Below, piece after piece: positions 18,190-27,966 of a stretch of 64,000 bases of DNA. This stretch comes from a virus. The notes under the pieces are model-generated. The model searched no databases. It was not told where the DNA came from and saw nothing but the letters and a program-made list of their open reading frames with translations. Each line of letters starts with the position of its first letter. The first letter of the stretch is position 1. The DNA is taken from the IMG/VR virus record IMGVR_UViG_3300017782_000007, positions 22,836 through 86,835 of that record. One strand, given 5' to 3'. The translations under genes and the position numbers were made by a program.

Positions 18190-18783
18190 ATGAAGAATGT
18201 ACTATTAAAATTCAGTAACAATAAGGTATACTTTGTTACTAATGAAGGATCTACTTTTAAACTCGTATCCAATACCAAGGATCCACTATTGGCCACAGCC
18301 AAAAAAGGAAGAGGAAAGCCGTTCGCGGTAATACTCGATGTTCCTTTGCCAGAGTCTACAACAATGACTCCGGTATCTACTGGTCTTATACTCCCTATCA
18401 GTAATGTTAGGGAGAAAGAACATATTGAAGCTTATGCTGATGATGGTGTATACTATGCTAAACAAGGTATTCCAATAGGTATACTATTAGATTGCACAGT
18501 AGTACCATCAAGATCCAAGAACCGATTCAATGTTGTGGATTATAAGATTCATCAACATAAGATTGGATTTACTCATGGTAAGCTAGGAGCATTGATAACA
18601 TTAATTAATAATGTAATTAAACCTAGACTGACTGTGAATAAGAGAGATGATTACGATATAATTGTTGATTTGATGAATGCTAGAAAGTCTCCTTTTGGGA
18701 GGAAACTATCCAAAGCACAGACAAAGACGTTCAAAAAAATTTATTTAAGAAGAGTCAAGGAGTTTCTCACTCCTAAAGGTTAA
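18190..18783 (+). CDS. Hypothetical protein
   Basis: 197 aa ORF. Confidence 0.7.
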   Translation: MKNVLLKFSNNKVYFVTNEGSTFKLVSNTKDPLLATAKKGRGKPFAVILDVPLPESTTMTPVSTGLILPISNVREKEHIEAYADDGVYYAKQGIPIGILLDCTVVPSRSKNRFNVVDYKIHQHKIGFTHGKLGALITLINNVIKPRLTVNKRDDYDIIVDLMNARKSPFGRKLSKAQTKTFKKIYLRRVKEFLTPKG

Positions 18784-18817
18784 TGGTTATTTGGGGGTTC
18801 GATTCCCCCAAACCTTC
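18776..18817 (+). ncRNA. Anticodon-less mini-tRNA
   Basis: AAGGTT-A ATGGTTATTT GGGGG-TTCGATT-CCCCC A-AACCTT. Confidence 0.55.
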
Positions 18818-18826
18818 TAATCAAAA

Positions 18827-19144
18827 TTGAATGATATGAGAGGAATAGAAAAGAAAAAAAACTATGTATCAACCTGGTTAACTCCGAGAGTGAGAGCTAA
18901 ACTCAAAGAGAACCCACAAGTCGAGCAATTGCTACTTGCTGGGGATTACCTAGGTATAAACCAGTCAAGAGTATTTCAAGTGTTCCCTGTTGGAACACAA
19001 AGAGATACGATATTCTCAGAAGATGAAATGAGAATATACTTGGAGGAACTTAAATCCTTGGCTAGGGGATTAGTAGTAGAAGTATCCTCGCTTTCTAGAT
19101 GCGGTTTCTATACTACGTCCATGCTCAGGAGCCAACCCGTGTAA
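18827..19144 (+). CDS. Hypothetical protein
   Basis: 105 aa ORF (TTG start, or ATG 18836). Confidence 0.6.
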   Translation: MNDMRGIEKKKNYVSTWLTPRVRAKLKENPQVEQLLLAGDYLGINQSRVFQVFPVGTQRDTIFSEDEMRIYLEELKSLARGLVVEVSSLSRCGFYTTSMLRSQPV

Positions 19145-19209
19145 ACAAGACGTAACATGGGCTACACCAGTATTATTTTATTTTTTAATTTTAAAACTTT
19201 TAAAGACAA

Positions 19210-19863
19210 ATGGATTTTAGCAAAATTTCCTTTAAGAAGACTGTTGAGCCTACTCCAGTTTCTAAAAAAGGAACCGAGACAAACGGCTACCAGCCGCCTA
19301 GTGAGACTAATACTCTTACTGTACCAAAGAATGCCTTGGAGGATATCCCAGGTATTGAGCAATTTGAAGAGGATACAGGGAACCCTGTTCCAACGCCACC
19401 GGAAGAAGTTACTGAGACGAAGAAAGGAACGAAGAGAGGATTAGTTGTACCTGTTACGAATGTGAATGGAGAAGTATTTTCATACAATATTGTGACGAGA
19501 GAGAAAACATACTTACGAGTTGGAAAGACTGTATTACCTACTGCTACGAAAGCATTTGACGTGATTACCTTTGATGAAGATACGACGAAGAAGACTACAA
19601 GAGGAAGTGAAGTATTGATGAATATTGAAATTGAAGGACCTACGACTGCTGCTAACGTGTTGACTACTACTACTGCTGATTCTGCGAATTCGACTACATC
19701 TGTATTGCCAAGTTTGACTGTTGCTACTATTACTGATTTTGTATCTGATTTGATTTCTACTACTGGTTTGGATGCTGCTATTGCTACTTTGAATGCTGAT
19801 GCTGTTGATTTTACTACTGCTGATTTTAATGGATTAACTGTTGTTGTACGAGTGAATGGATAA
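19210..19863 (+). CDS. Thr-rich hypothetical protein
   Basis: 217 aa; strong ACT/GCT/GAT codon bias. Confidence 0.8.
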   Translation: MDFSKISFKKTVEPTPVSKKGTETNGYQPPSETNTLTVPKNALEDIPGIEQFEEDTGNPVPTPPEEVTETKKGTKRGLVVPVTNVNGEVFSYNIVTREKTYLRVGKTVLPTATKAFDVITFDEDTTKKTTRGSEVLMNIEIEGPTTAANVLTTTTADSANSTTSVLPSLTVATITDFVSDLISTTGLDAAIATLNADAVDFTTADFNGLTVVVRVNG

Positions 19864-20010
19864 TTGCCCTTGTGTTATTGTTTTATTATTACAGATTATT
19901 TTGATTTAGTAGACCTATCAAAGGTTTATACATTTTTGCATTATGATACGATTTATTGTTAACCAATTATCTTATTTTAATGTCGATCACATCTACCAAA
20001 ACATTTGTGA

Positions 20011-20092
20011 AAAGAGTCTAAATAATAGTGCTGAGGGTACAAGTTAACTGTCTATTACTTAAACCTAGGTTTTTGTTTAGACTCTTTTTTTT
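20011..20092 (+). terminator. Long hairpin with T-tract
   Basis: AAAAGAGTCTAAATAA/TTGTTTAGACTCTTTT then more T. Confidence 0.55.
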
Positions 20093-20109
20093 AATCAAAT
20101 GTTATATCA

Positions 20110-20772
20110 ATGAAAATACTAATATTAAGATTATTATCTAGCATATTTATGCTAGGAGGAACTTTGATGCTGTTATCATCTGCTTTGATGATTGGGACTG
20201 CTACTGAGGCTGCTATCTATAGAAATAGCGTGCATCAAGTCTTGGAGGTTTCGTCAATTGACTCGGTAAGTATGAAACCACAAACTGAGTTTGAATCTCT
20301 CTTACTGAAGTATCATGAGCGAGGTTTAAAAGCCCCGTTCGTCTGTTTGTCGCAGACATATGGTGAAACTGGCAAGTTATCTTCTAATATCTATAAGGAG
20401 AATAATAACTTGTTCGGGTTTAAGTGCTCCACTTCTCGCAGTTACTGTGTGAAAGTGAATAGAGGGCACGCTTATTATTTAAGTTACGATGATTCAATAG
20501 ACGATTACGTTGAATGGCAGAAGACGATGGTGTCAAATTATGAGGAGTACTTTAACCAACATGTATCCTCGGATACTACGTATCTTAATCTATTAGAGAA
20601 CGTAGTATTAAAGTCATCCACCCCGCCTTATAAGTATGCCGTATTACGGTATGCTACGGATCCCAAATATCGTGGAAAACTAAGGGACTGGGGCAATGAG
20701 ATGTTATCAAAATCCTTAGTTCGTGAGGACTTCCTGACTTCGTTAGGTTATGATGCGGATTGGTGTATGTAA
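20110..20772 (+). CDS. Second GH73-type glucosaminidase with signal anchor
   Basis: LSQTYGETG, NNNLFGFK, YATDPKY motifs; N-terminal hydrophobic helix. Confidence 0.8.
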   Translation: MKILILRLLSSIFMLGGTLMLLSSALMIGTATEAAIYRNSVHQVLEVSSIDSVSMKPQTEFESLLLKYHERGLKAPFVCLSQTYGETGKLSSNIYKENNNLFGFKCSTSRSYCVKVNRGHAYYLSYDDSIDDYVEWQKTMVSNYEEYFNQHVSSDTTYLNLLENVVLKSSTPPYKYAVLRYATDPKYRGKLRDWGNEMLSKSLVREDFLTSLGYDADWCM

Positions 20773-20945
20773 GGTATGCACCGGTGCCGCTCTTCACGGA
20801 GGTTTCTCAGGTCAATCTGGACGGTTCCTGGGTAATCATCTTTTCGTCAGAAGAGACATCCTCCTCTCTACTACCAACGCCTTGTCTGGCTTAGGAATAA
20901 TGGTAGAGAGGACAATTTGATTTTTTAATTAAACTTCATATATTT

Positions 20946-22415
20946 ATGGACACTTTATTAGTTGTAAGTGCGTTCGTGCTAGTCGCATGGCCTTACATTC
21001 TTTACCCGTGGTTTATCGGAAGAGCTGTTAATAAGCTTATCTTTAACAACGCCACAAATTACGAACATGATGATTTCGACAAACTAGTTGCAGAAGCTAG
21101 TAGTAAACTCAAAAACCAGACAGGTAAGAGTTTCAAGAAGACGTATCGAAATCGAGTACATTTAGCACAAGTACTTTCAGGACTCAGAAAAGAGTATAAA
21201 ATCGAAGCTATTGGTGGAGCAGAATTTAAAGCTTGGAAATCTTACCAAGTCTTATACAAATTAACCAAGAGACTTCCATGGTACTATTTCTTAGACAATA
21301 GTGGCCGAGTATCTTACTTAGTAGCCGATTACTCTCACATTAGAGTAGATGAATTGGAAAAAGATTCTAACTTCGATATCAAATTCGGAGGTAACTACAT
21401 TAAAGGTAAAGACGGATTTAATAAATTCTGTGTACCTGTATCAACTAGACTTCAATTCATTAGTGCTAATGAAGAAGAAGAGTATGCAGCAGGATTAATG
21501 GAAAAACACACAGTAATTTCAATTAAGAAAGAAGTTGATTACACTAAAGGTAAGCCATTTGTATTGGTGAAAGATCCAGTATTTAATAACTATATGTTCG
21601 AACAAAGAGATATAGCATTAGATACTTATCTAGATGACCTAGTAATTAACAAATCTTATGTTAACGTGCCAATTAAATCTGGTGAAAAGAAATACAATGT
21701 TCCTATGTCAGTTATTGCTAAAGAGTTTCTCTTTAAGATAATTGAAATGAAAGGTGATACTAATCATTTGTATGCCCATGGCCCTGTTGGTTCAGGAAAA
21801 TCTGGTATACTTAAGATAGCAGCTAGTCAAGCTGAGAAACACCTAGAGAATGGAACAGTTGTTATTTACATTAACGTAGCAGAATTGAAAAGCATTAGTG
21901 CTACCGTATTTAAGACAGCATTAGCTGATTTGATGTCGTCTACCAAAGCTGAGAATATTTTATTCTTGGTTGATGAAGCTGACTCGGTATTAACATCTAA
22001 GGATGTTGAAACTTCTTCATTTAGTGGATTCATCTTATCATTAATGAATGGTGTAGATCAAAACATGTTCAACGCTACTTTCTTATTTGCAGGTAAGAAG
22101 CCTTATGAGGACATTTCAGACGATTTTAAGAGACGAATAGGATTTCCTTTCTCTATCCCTTCTTTACCACGTAAAGAGGCCTTAGAACTCTTTAAATTGC
22201 TCGAGAAGTCTCCTATCAAGGAAGGACATGAGCCACAAGTATCAGAATTAAATGATATCTTATCTAAAGATACCACTTATTCTATCAAGGAGCATGCTTC
22301 TTTGTATGAGGTGTTTGTTTTATGTTTCTCAAGACTGGATAAAGATGCAGAAGATGCTATTGAAGAACTTCTCCAAGAACACCATGTTGAGACTAAAGCA
22401 GCAAGTACGGCTTAA
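20946..22415 (+). CDS. Membrane-anchored AAA+ ATPase
   Basis: N-terminal TM; Walker A GPVGSGKS, Walker B LFLVDEAD, Arg finger DFKRRI. Confidence 0.85.
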   Translation: MDTLLVVSAFVLVAWPYILYPWFIGRAVNKLIFNNATNYEHDDFDKLVAEASSKLKNQTGKSFKKTYRNRVHLAQVLSGLRKEYKIEAIGGAEFKAWKSYQVLYKLTKRLPWYYFLDNSGRVSYLVADYSHIRVDELEKDSNFDIKFGGNYIKGKDGFNKFCVPVSTRLQFISANEEEEYAAGLMEKHTVISIKKEVDYTKGKPFVLVKDPVFNNYMFEQRDIALDTYLDDLVINKSYVNVPIKSGEKKYNVPMSVIAKEFLFKIIEMKGDTNHLYAHGPVGSGKSGILKIAASQAEKHLENGTVVIYINVAELKSISATVFKTALADLMSSTKAENILFLVDEADSVLTSKDVETSSFSGFILSLMNGVDQNMFNATFLFAGKKPYEDISDDFKRRIGFPFSIPSLPRKEALELFKLLEKSPIKEGHEPQVSELNDILSKDTTYSIKEHASLYEVFVLCFSRLDKDAEDAIEELLQEHHVETKAASTA

Positions 22416-23022
22416 ATGGGAGACTTTCGTTGTCTTTGGAAAAGGTGATTTACACTCTGTAAATATACAGAACCCAGATTCTGATGAAAAAACTACAATC
22501 CCGATTATGTCTAAGCCTTTTATGAAACCTGAATACAGAGATGGTATGTATATTAATCCATTAATATGTGGATTACATAAACCCGTGCCAGAAGAGTATG
22601 ACGACTTAGGTAATAACCTATTTTACCACATAGAAGAAAACGGTATTAAATACTACGTCCTAACTAGTCATAAATTCAGTCAAACAGGTGTATATTACTT
22701 AGACGAGTCTGCTCATCCCATAGTGTCTAGAACACCAATGGATAAGCGGATAATTACCAAGATACGAGACGACCATTCACATATCCGTAAGTTAAGAAGA
22801 AGAGTAGCTGATTATAAGGAAGATACTATTCCTAATATCACTAAACTTCTATGGACTAGATTCAAGGCTAGTGACATTAATGGCACCGTAGTAAGAATAG
22901 TCTGTACTAAAAGCGGAAAATACTTAGAACATACCGATAATCCTGAAGATCTTATTGTTTTAACTCATGGTAACGAAGATGAAATCTCGTTACGTGCTAA
23001 ATTTTTAATTAATTATGAATAA
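22384..23022 (+). CDS. Hypothetical protein
   Basis: Probable start 22384 (track start overlaps the ATPase by more than 160 nt). Confidence 0.6.
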   Translation: MLRLKQQVRLKWETFVVFGKGDLHSVNIQNPDSDEKTTIPIMSKPFMKPEYRDGMYINPLICGLHKPVPEEYDDLGNNLFYHIEENGIKYYVLTSHKFSQTGVYYLDESAHPIVSRTPMDKRIITKIRDDHSHIRKLRRRVADYKEDTIPNITKLLWTRFKASDINGTVVRIVCTKSGKYLEHTDNPEDLIVLTHGNEDEISLRAKFLINYE

Positions 23023-23623
23023 GAAAATTTATCTGCCTGAACTAGACATTCAAGCACAAGATAACAAATTACATTGGAGAGAAATTGCCTCAAAAGGATC
23101 AGGATTCCCATCATCTATGTGGAAAACTGATAGCACCTTTGGTACAACTCCTGAAATTACATTTGGATTTGAAATGGGAGCTGACTACCCATTAATGTAT
23201 TTTCGTTCACCTTTAGTCAGAGATATTGCTTTTGAGAAACTAAGACATGCTAAGGAGTATAGCAAAGTGCGATTGGGGAGAGATGACTTTTTTAAGTCAG
23301 TCACTTCTCGTGATAAAAATGCTATGGTATCCTCAATGCAGAACTTAGACCTCAAAGATATCTTTCAAGAGCACATCAATAAACGTTTTGGAAGTCTTTC
23401 CGGGTTGAATAAAGAAGTTCATATGGACAAACCATTGACCAATGAGCTATTTAACTCAATTATCAAGGACAAGTTTGATGCTAGTCAAGGTATAAACAAA
23501 CGAGGACTAGTAGTCCAACTTTGTAATGCTTTGGAAAAGCCTAAATTCCCTGGCTCGGAGAAGATTCCTAGTGAAATGTTTTGGTGGTACTTTATTTCTA
23601 ACCTTAAAACAATTAAAGCATGA
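23015..23623 (+). CDS. Hypothetical protein
   Basis: 202 aa ORF overlapping both neighbours. Confidence 0.7.
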   Translation: MNKKIYLPELDIQAQDNKLHWREIASKGSGFPSSMWKTDSTFGTTPEITFGFEMGADYPLMYFRSPLVRDIAFEKLRHAKEYSKVRLGRDDFFKSVTSRDKNAMVSSMQNLDLKDIFQEHINKRFGSLSGLNKEVHMDKPLTNELFNSIIKDKFDASQGINKRGLVVQLCNALEKPKFPGSEKIPSEMFWWYFISNLKTIKA

Positions 23624-24342
23624 GATCATTGATTTTTGTATTAATTTTATTATTGTTTGGGTGTTCTGATACACCACCCCCAGGAGTTCCTGATACAGGT
23701 TCTCCGCCAGTTAAAGCACACAATCCACCAGTTATCAAACAAGTTACACCTGTTGTAACAAAACCAGTAGAAAAACCAAAGCCAGCTGTAAAAGCTAAGC
23801 CAACTAATCTAAATAGTGGTTTCTCGGCTGATTTCAACTGGAAGAAAACTGGTTACAATGAGTATGAAGAAGTAGACCTACAAGTAACTGTGAACTTTAA
23901 AAACAGTACCATTAACTTGTATACTGATATAGATGACATCTCAAACTCAAGCAATACTTTAGAAATTCAAGACGTTCACAGTAATTATGTAGAAATGAGT
24001 GGTGATAACTTTTATTCATCATTTTCTACCGTACTCAATCCTGACACCTGGGAAGAGAGAGGAGCTAAACAGTATGACTTCAATATGGAGGTCATAAATG
24101 GTAGCTTAAACTACATCTCTATTACTTCAGGGGGTGTTAAGAAAGAGTACTATATACAGATTCCTAAGGAATCAACTGCTGCACCAGCTCGCCAGGCTGT
24201 TGCTAAGCATATCGTAAAATCAGGAGAAACATTGTTGCATATCGCAGGAAAATATGGTGTTACAGTATCTAAGATTCGGTCTCAAAACCAACTACGAGGT
24301 AACACAATCTATCCTGGCCAGGTTCTAGATGTCTCGAAATAG
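23620..24342 (+). CDS. Lipoprotein with C-terminal LysM domain
   Basis: Lipobox LLFGC; Pro-rich linker; HIVKSGETLLHIAGKYGVTVSKIRSQNQL...IYPGQVL. Confidence 0.9.
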   Translation: MRSLIFVLILLLFGCSDTPPPGVPDTGSPPVKAHNPPVIKQVTPVVTKPVEKPKPAVKAKPTNLNSGFSADFNWKKTGYNEYEEVDLQVTVNFKNSTINLYTDIDDISNSSNTLEIQDVHSNYVEMSGDNFYSSFSTVLNPDTWEERGAKQYDFNMEVINGSLNYISITSGGVKKEYYIQIPKESTAAPARQAVAKHIVKSGETLLHIAGKYGVTVSKIRSQNQLRGNTIYPGQVLDVSK

Positions 24343-25018
24343 CAAGATAGGAGTCTTATTGCTAGACTCTTCGCATTTAGATGATATAAGAACTTTTGCT
24401 TCACAATTTGGTGATGTATTCGTAGTTATGCCTTATGAAGTTAGATTGGACTTAGATATTCTCTTTGTCCATTCTAAGTTACCTTCCACTTCACCGATAA
24501 CATCTAAAGATGTATCGTATTCTAAAGATCTAACCAACTTCTATTCTCTCTACTACCCAAAGTATAAGGATTCCGATATCCCTGTCTTTGCATTAGAGAA
24601 TGCTTGTATAGAAGCGTGGAAGATTTTAGGAGGAAGTTTAGTAGGTAACATAACAGGACATAACGGACTTCATGGAATCCTTAACAAGAAGGATAAGATA
24701 TATTTAAAGGTAGATTCTGATCATAGCATAGGGCTAGTGGATAATGCTGCTTTAGCTACGCCAATAGCACATGAATTTAGAGGCTCTAAAAACACCTTTG
24801 AAACATGTAAACCTATTGATTATGATAAGCATCTAGGATTTGTGGAAATATTTGAGTCTTCTTACCTCTCCGGATGTATGAATCCGACTCATATTAAGGA
24901 AAATAAATATTCATCCAAAGTCTACGAAGAAACCAAATGCATGTATGGTGATTTAATCACCTTACGACTTATTCTCAAGATTTTACGTAAACATGGCACC
25001 GCAGCTGTACCTGTATAG
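24329..25018 (+). CDS. Class I glutamine amidotransferase / peptidase C26-like fold, probably inactive
   Basis: IPVFALENACIEAWKILGGSL resembles PILGICRGxQxxNVxxGGTL and VDSDH resembles VNSxH, but the nucleophile Cys position is Glu. Confidence 0.5.
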   Translation: MSRNSKIGVLLLDSSHLDDIRTFASQFGDVFVVMPYEVRLDLDILFVHSKLPSTSPITSKDVSYSKDLTNFYSLYYPKYKDSDIPVFALENACIEAWKILGGSLVGNITGHNGLHGILNKKDKIYLKVDSDHSIGLVDNAALATPIAHEFRGSKNTFETCKPIDYDKHLGFVEIFESSYLSGCMNPTHIKENKYSSKVYEETKCMYGDLITLRLILKILRKHGTAAVPV

Positions 25019-25027
25019 TTGCTGGTA

Positions 25028-25080
25028 GACTCAGTCTAATGGATGGCGAAAGCCTGTAGGTTCGATTCCTACCTGAGTCA
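25028..25080 (+). ncRNA. Anticodon-less mini-tRNA
   Basis: GACTCAG TCTAATGGAT GGC-GAAA-GCC T GTAGG-TTCGATT-CCTAC CTGAGTC A. Confidence 0.7.
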
Positions 25081-25099
25081 CTCACTAAATCTTTAAATT

Positions 25100-25327
25100 A
25101 TGTTCGCAATAGCAACAAAAAAGAAGGTTTATATCACTCCAGAACACTATGAATTGTACGAAAAAGAATTCCAAGCCGGAACCTATGTACTTTATCATAA
25201 AACTGGTAAATATAGAACTTTCGTAGGGATTGTAGGGATCCCTCACACAGCTTGTCCCACTAAGACGGTGTTAGTATCGCCTTTAAGAGAAACATATTTC
25301 GTCACTTTAAATCATAAATATCAATGA
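25100..25327 (+). CDS. Hypothetical protein
   Basis: 75 aa ORF coupled to the MoxR gene. Confidence 0.65.
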   Translation: MFAIATKKKVYITPEHYELYEKEFQAGTYVLYHKTGKYRTFVGIVGIPHTACPTKTVLVSPLRETYFVTLNHKYQ

Positions 25328-26343
25328 CAAAAGAATTTTTAGACAAATTAAACAAGATTGATTTATCTCAAAGATTTATCAAGTCTGAACGATTTACCCG
25401 AGCCTTTGTATCAGCTCTCTCATTGGGAGAACATGCCATGTTTTATGGTAGAGGGGGACACGGTAAATCAGAGATGGCTATGGAAGCTTTTGCACAAGTT
25501 GGTATTGATCCATTTGTACTCTCCTTCCATGAAAATACTACAATTGAAGAATTATTTGGAGGGATTGATCCTGAAGAATGGAAGAAAACAGGAAAGATTA
25601 AATATCTTTTTGAGAACTCGATGTTTAACCACCAGTATGTAATTGCAGAAGAAGCATTTGATGCTCCTGGAATCGTATGGGCTTCTATTAAAGATGCTTT
25701 AACTTCAGGACATGTTAGATTTGGTAATGATACATTCGAAATCAAAACTAAGTCTATCTTATTCTTAACAAACAGATCTAAGGAAGAAGTAGTTGAGGAT
25801 AACTCTGTAGAAGCATTTATGCAAAGAATTGTATTCAATTTAAAAGTTGAATGGGATTCATACACACCTGAAGACTACTCTGATTTATTAGAGTGTGTCT
25901 TTAAAGATAGAAATGAACAATTTGCTACTATCATCTCAGATATGTCTGCTGTTTCAGAGGAAGATTTTATCTCTCCAAGAACATGTGTTAAGGCATATAA
26001 AGCATATATTACCTTAGGGATAGATTGCTTACAAGAGTTTGAAGGGTTTTCAGTTGATAAAGTTGAAAGAATGAAGGATAGACTAGTTAAATTAGAGCAA
26101 ATCAAAACTCAAAGAGAGAGATTAAATGCTTTTGGAGCTACTCTTCATGAAATTCGAAAAGGGAGTATCAAATTCAGTCAGGAAGCAACAATGAAAATCA
26201 GATTATTAAAAGAATTTCAATCTAAATTGAAAGCTTTGAAAATCTCTGATAGTTTATTTCCTGAGAAAAGTGAAATGATGAGAGATGTAGATGCATTGAG
26301 AAAGAAATTAGTTGAGTTATCAATAAATCTTCCTAAATCATGA
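25324..26343 (+). CDS. MoxR/RavA-family AAA+ ATPase
   Basis: GRGGHGKSE Walker A, TTIEELFGG, IAEEAFDA Walker B, LTN sensor; adjacent vWA gene. Confidence 0.85.
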   Translation: MTKEFLDKLNKIDLSQRFIKSERFTRAFVSALSLGEHAMFYGRGGHGKSEMAMEAFAQVGIDPFVLSFHENTTIEELFGGIDPEEWKKTGKIKYLFENSMFNHQYVIAEEAFDAPGIVWASIKDALTSGHVRFGNDTFEIKTKSILFLTNRSKEEVVEDNSVEAFMQRIVFNLKVEWDSYTPEDYSDLLECVFKDRNEQFATIISDMSAVSEEDFISPRTCVKAYKAYITLGIDCLQEFEGFSVDKVERMKDRLVKLEQIKTQRERLNAFGATLHEIRKGSIKFSQEATMKIRLLKEFQSKLKALKISDSLFPEKSEMMRDVDALRKKLVELSINLPKS

Positions 26344-27950
26344 GAGCAACAATACCTTTAAACGGATATATTCCACCTGATGAAGATGATATTAGATATT
26401 TTTGTAATCAAGAGAATTACAAACATAAGGTATCAACTGAATTAATACAAGAACTTTGTAATTTCTATGTTGGAGGCATGGCTAGCTATGTTCCTACTTC
26501 TACAGTAGATAAAGAAGATGTAAAATATGTATCTAATGTACATAGATTACTTGAGAATCTTCCTTCTAATACCTTTAAAGGTTCTCCCTTGGCTAAATCT
26601 GTTCAAACAGCAGTGGCTATTAATTCTCTAAACAACAGTATTCTTAAAAAGAAACAACGTAGAGCTGTTAGAATGGACAGAGAAATTGCAGAATTACAAA
26701 GGAGACAACAAGAGTATCAAGATTTGTCAGACTCTGGTGATTATAGCCCAGAGGAAAGTGATGATTTCAGATCTTCCAAGAGTGATATAAAAGAATATGA
26801 AGAGGACATAAGAGATAAGAAAAAGAAGTTAGATAAAGAGATAGAAAAACTTTTAAAACTTCTGGAATCTGAAGATAATCCTATGGAAGATTGTAATGAT
26901 CCTGAAGGTTTAGCTGATGCTATTAGCCAATTAGCCTCTGATTGCGATCTTCTTGAACAAGCAGAAAAAGAAAAGAAAGAGAAAAGTAAGAAGGGTGAAG
27001 ATGGCCAAGAAGGAGAGGGTGAAGGAGAGGGGGAAGGAGACGGTGAAGGAGAAGAAACAGAAGGTACTCCTATGAATTCTGATGAGAGATTACATGATAA
27101 ACATCCAGAAGACATCATGGTTAGTGCAGAGGCAATGGGAGTAAATATAATCAATAGTGATTTTAGTCCTATTAAATTCTCTGAAGTAACTACTGAAGAA
27201 GCTAACATCTTGAAGAAACTATCTGTAGTTAACTCTTTCAATGGTAGTATAGCTGGCGAAGCTAAGATTAAGAGGAAAAGAAAAGTCTCTTCTAAGAAAA
27301 GAGGTAAACTTAAAATGGAATCTTATAAGCAAGTTAACCAAGCCAGCTTCGTTGAACGTATGATGCCTGGATTCGATAAGAAGTTCATCCAAAAAGATGT
27401 ACTAATTAAAGATAAGTATGTATCTGAGGTTTGTAAGCAAACTTTAGTACTACTTATAGATGATTCAGGTAGTATGAATTCTGAGTGGAAGATTGGGTGG
27501 GTTAAGGCATTAGTATTAAATAGATTAACAGCTGTTATGAAAGGAGACGCTACTCTTTATATCTGTACTTTTGAAGAAGAATTAGATCCTAACTGGGTTA
27601 AGGTAGGTACTAAGGCCCAAGCCAAAGATTACTGGAAATTATTTGATAGACAAGTTGGATTCAATAGAGGTAATACTGATATTGAGAAGGCTGTCACACA
27701 TACAATAGAGCAAATAGACAATGGTAAGCTTATCGGAGTTGATTATGATGATACTGCTACTATTAGTCTGAAGAAAGAAAGGCCACAAATATGTGTTATA
27801 AATGATGGCCAAGATTACATTGATAAAGATTATTCTCCTAAGATAATAACTCATGGTTTTATTTTAGGCAGAGATAATATAGAGATGAAAATCATGTGTG
27901 AACGATCTGGAGGTATATACCATAGAATCGGTCACGTTGACATTTATTAA
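26340..27950 (+). CDS. vWA (MIDAS) domain protein, MoxR partner
   Basis: LLIDDSGSM, RGNTDI, VINDGQD; (GE)n acidic linker. Confidence 0.88.
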   Translation: MRATIPLNGYIPPDEDDIRYFCNQENYKHKVSTELIQELCNFYVGGMASYVPTSTVDKEDVKYVSNVHRLLENLPSNTFKGSPLAKSVQTAVAINSLNNSILKKKQRRAVRMDREIAELQRRQQEYQDLSDSGDYSPEESDDFRSSKSDIKEYEEDIRDKKKKLDKEIEKLLKLLESEDNPMEDCNDPEGLADAISQLASDCDLLEQAEKEKKEKSKKGEDGQEGEGEGEGEGDGEGEETEGTPMNSDERLHDKHPEDIMVSAEAMGVNIINSDFSPIKFSEVTTEEANILKKLSVVNSFNGSIAGEAKIKRKRKVSSKKRGKLKMESYKQVNQASFVERMMPGFDKKFIQKDVLIKDKYVSEVCKQTLVLLIDDSGSMNSEWKIGWVKALVLNRLTAVMKGDATLYICTFEEELDPNWVKVGTKAQAKDYWKLFDRQVGFNRGNTDIEKAVTHTIEQIDNGKLIGVDYDDTATISLKKERPQICVINDGQDYIDKDYSPKIITHGFILGRDNIEMKIMCERSGGIYHRIGHVDIY

Positions 27951-27966
27951 CCATAAAATATTAAAT

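Noticed and set aside
26990-27065. GGAGAGGGTGAA-like nucleotide repeats
   Set aside because: They simply encode the (GE)n linker of the vWA protein.
26340-27950. Ro60/TROVE protein as partner of the Y-RNA-like element
   Set aside because: The vWA domain sits in MoxR-partner context and no TROVE repeat domain is evident.
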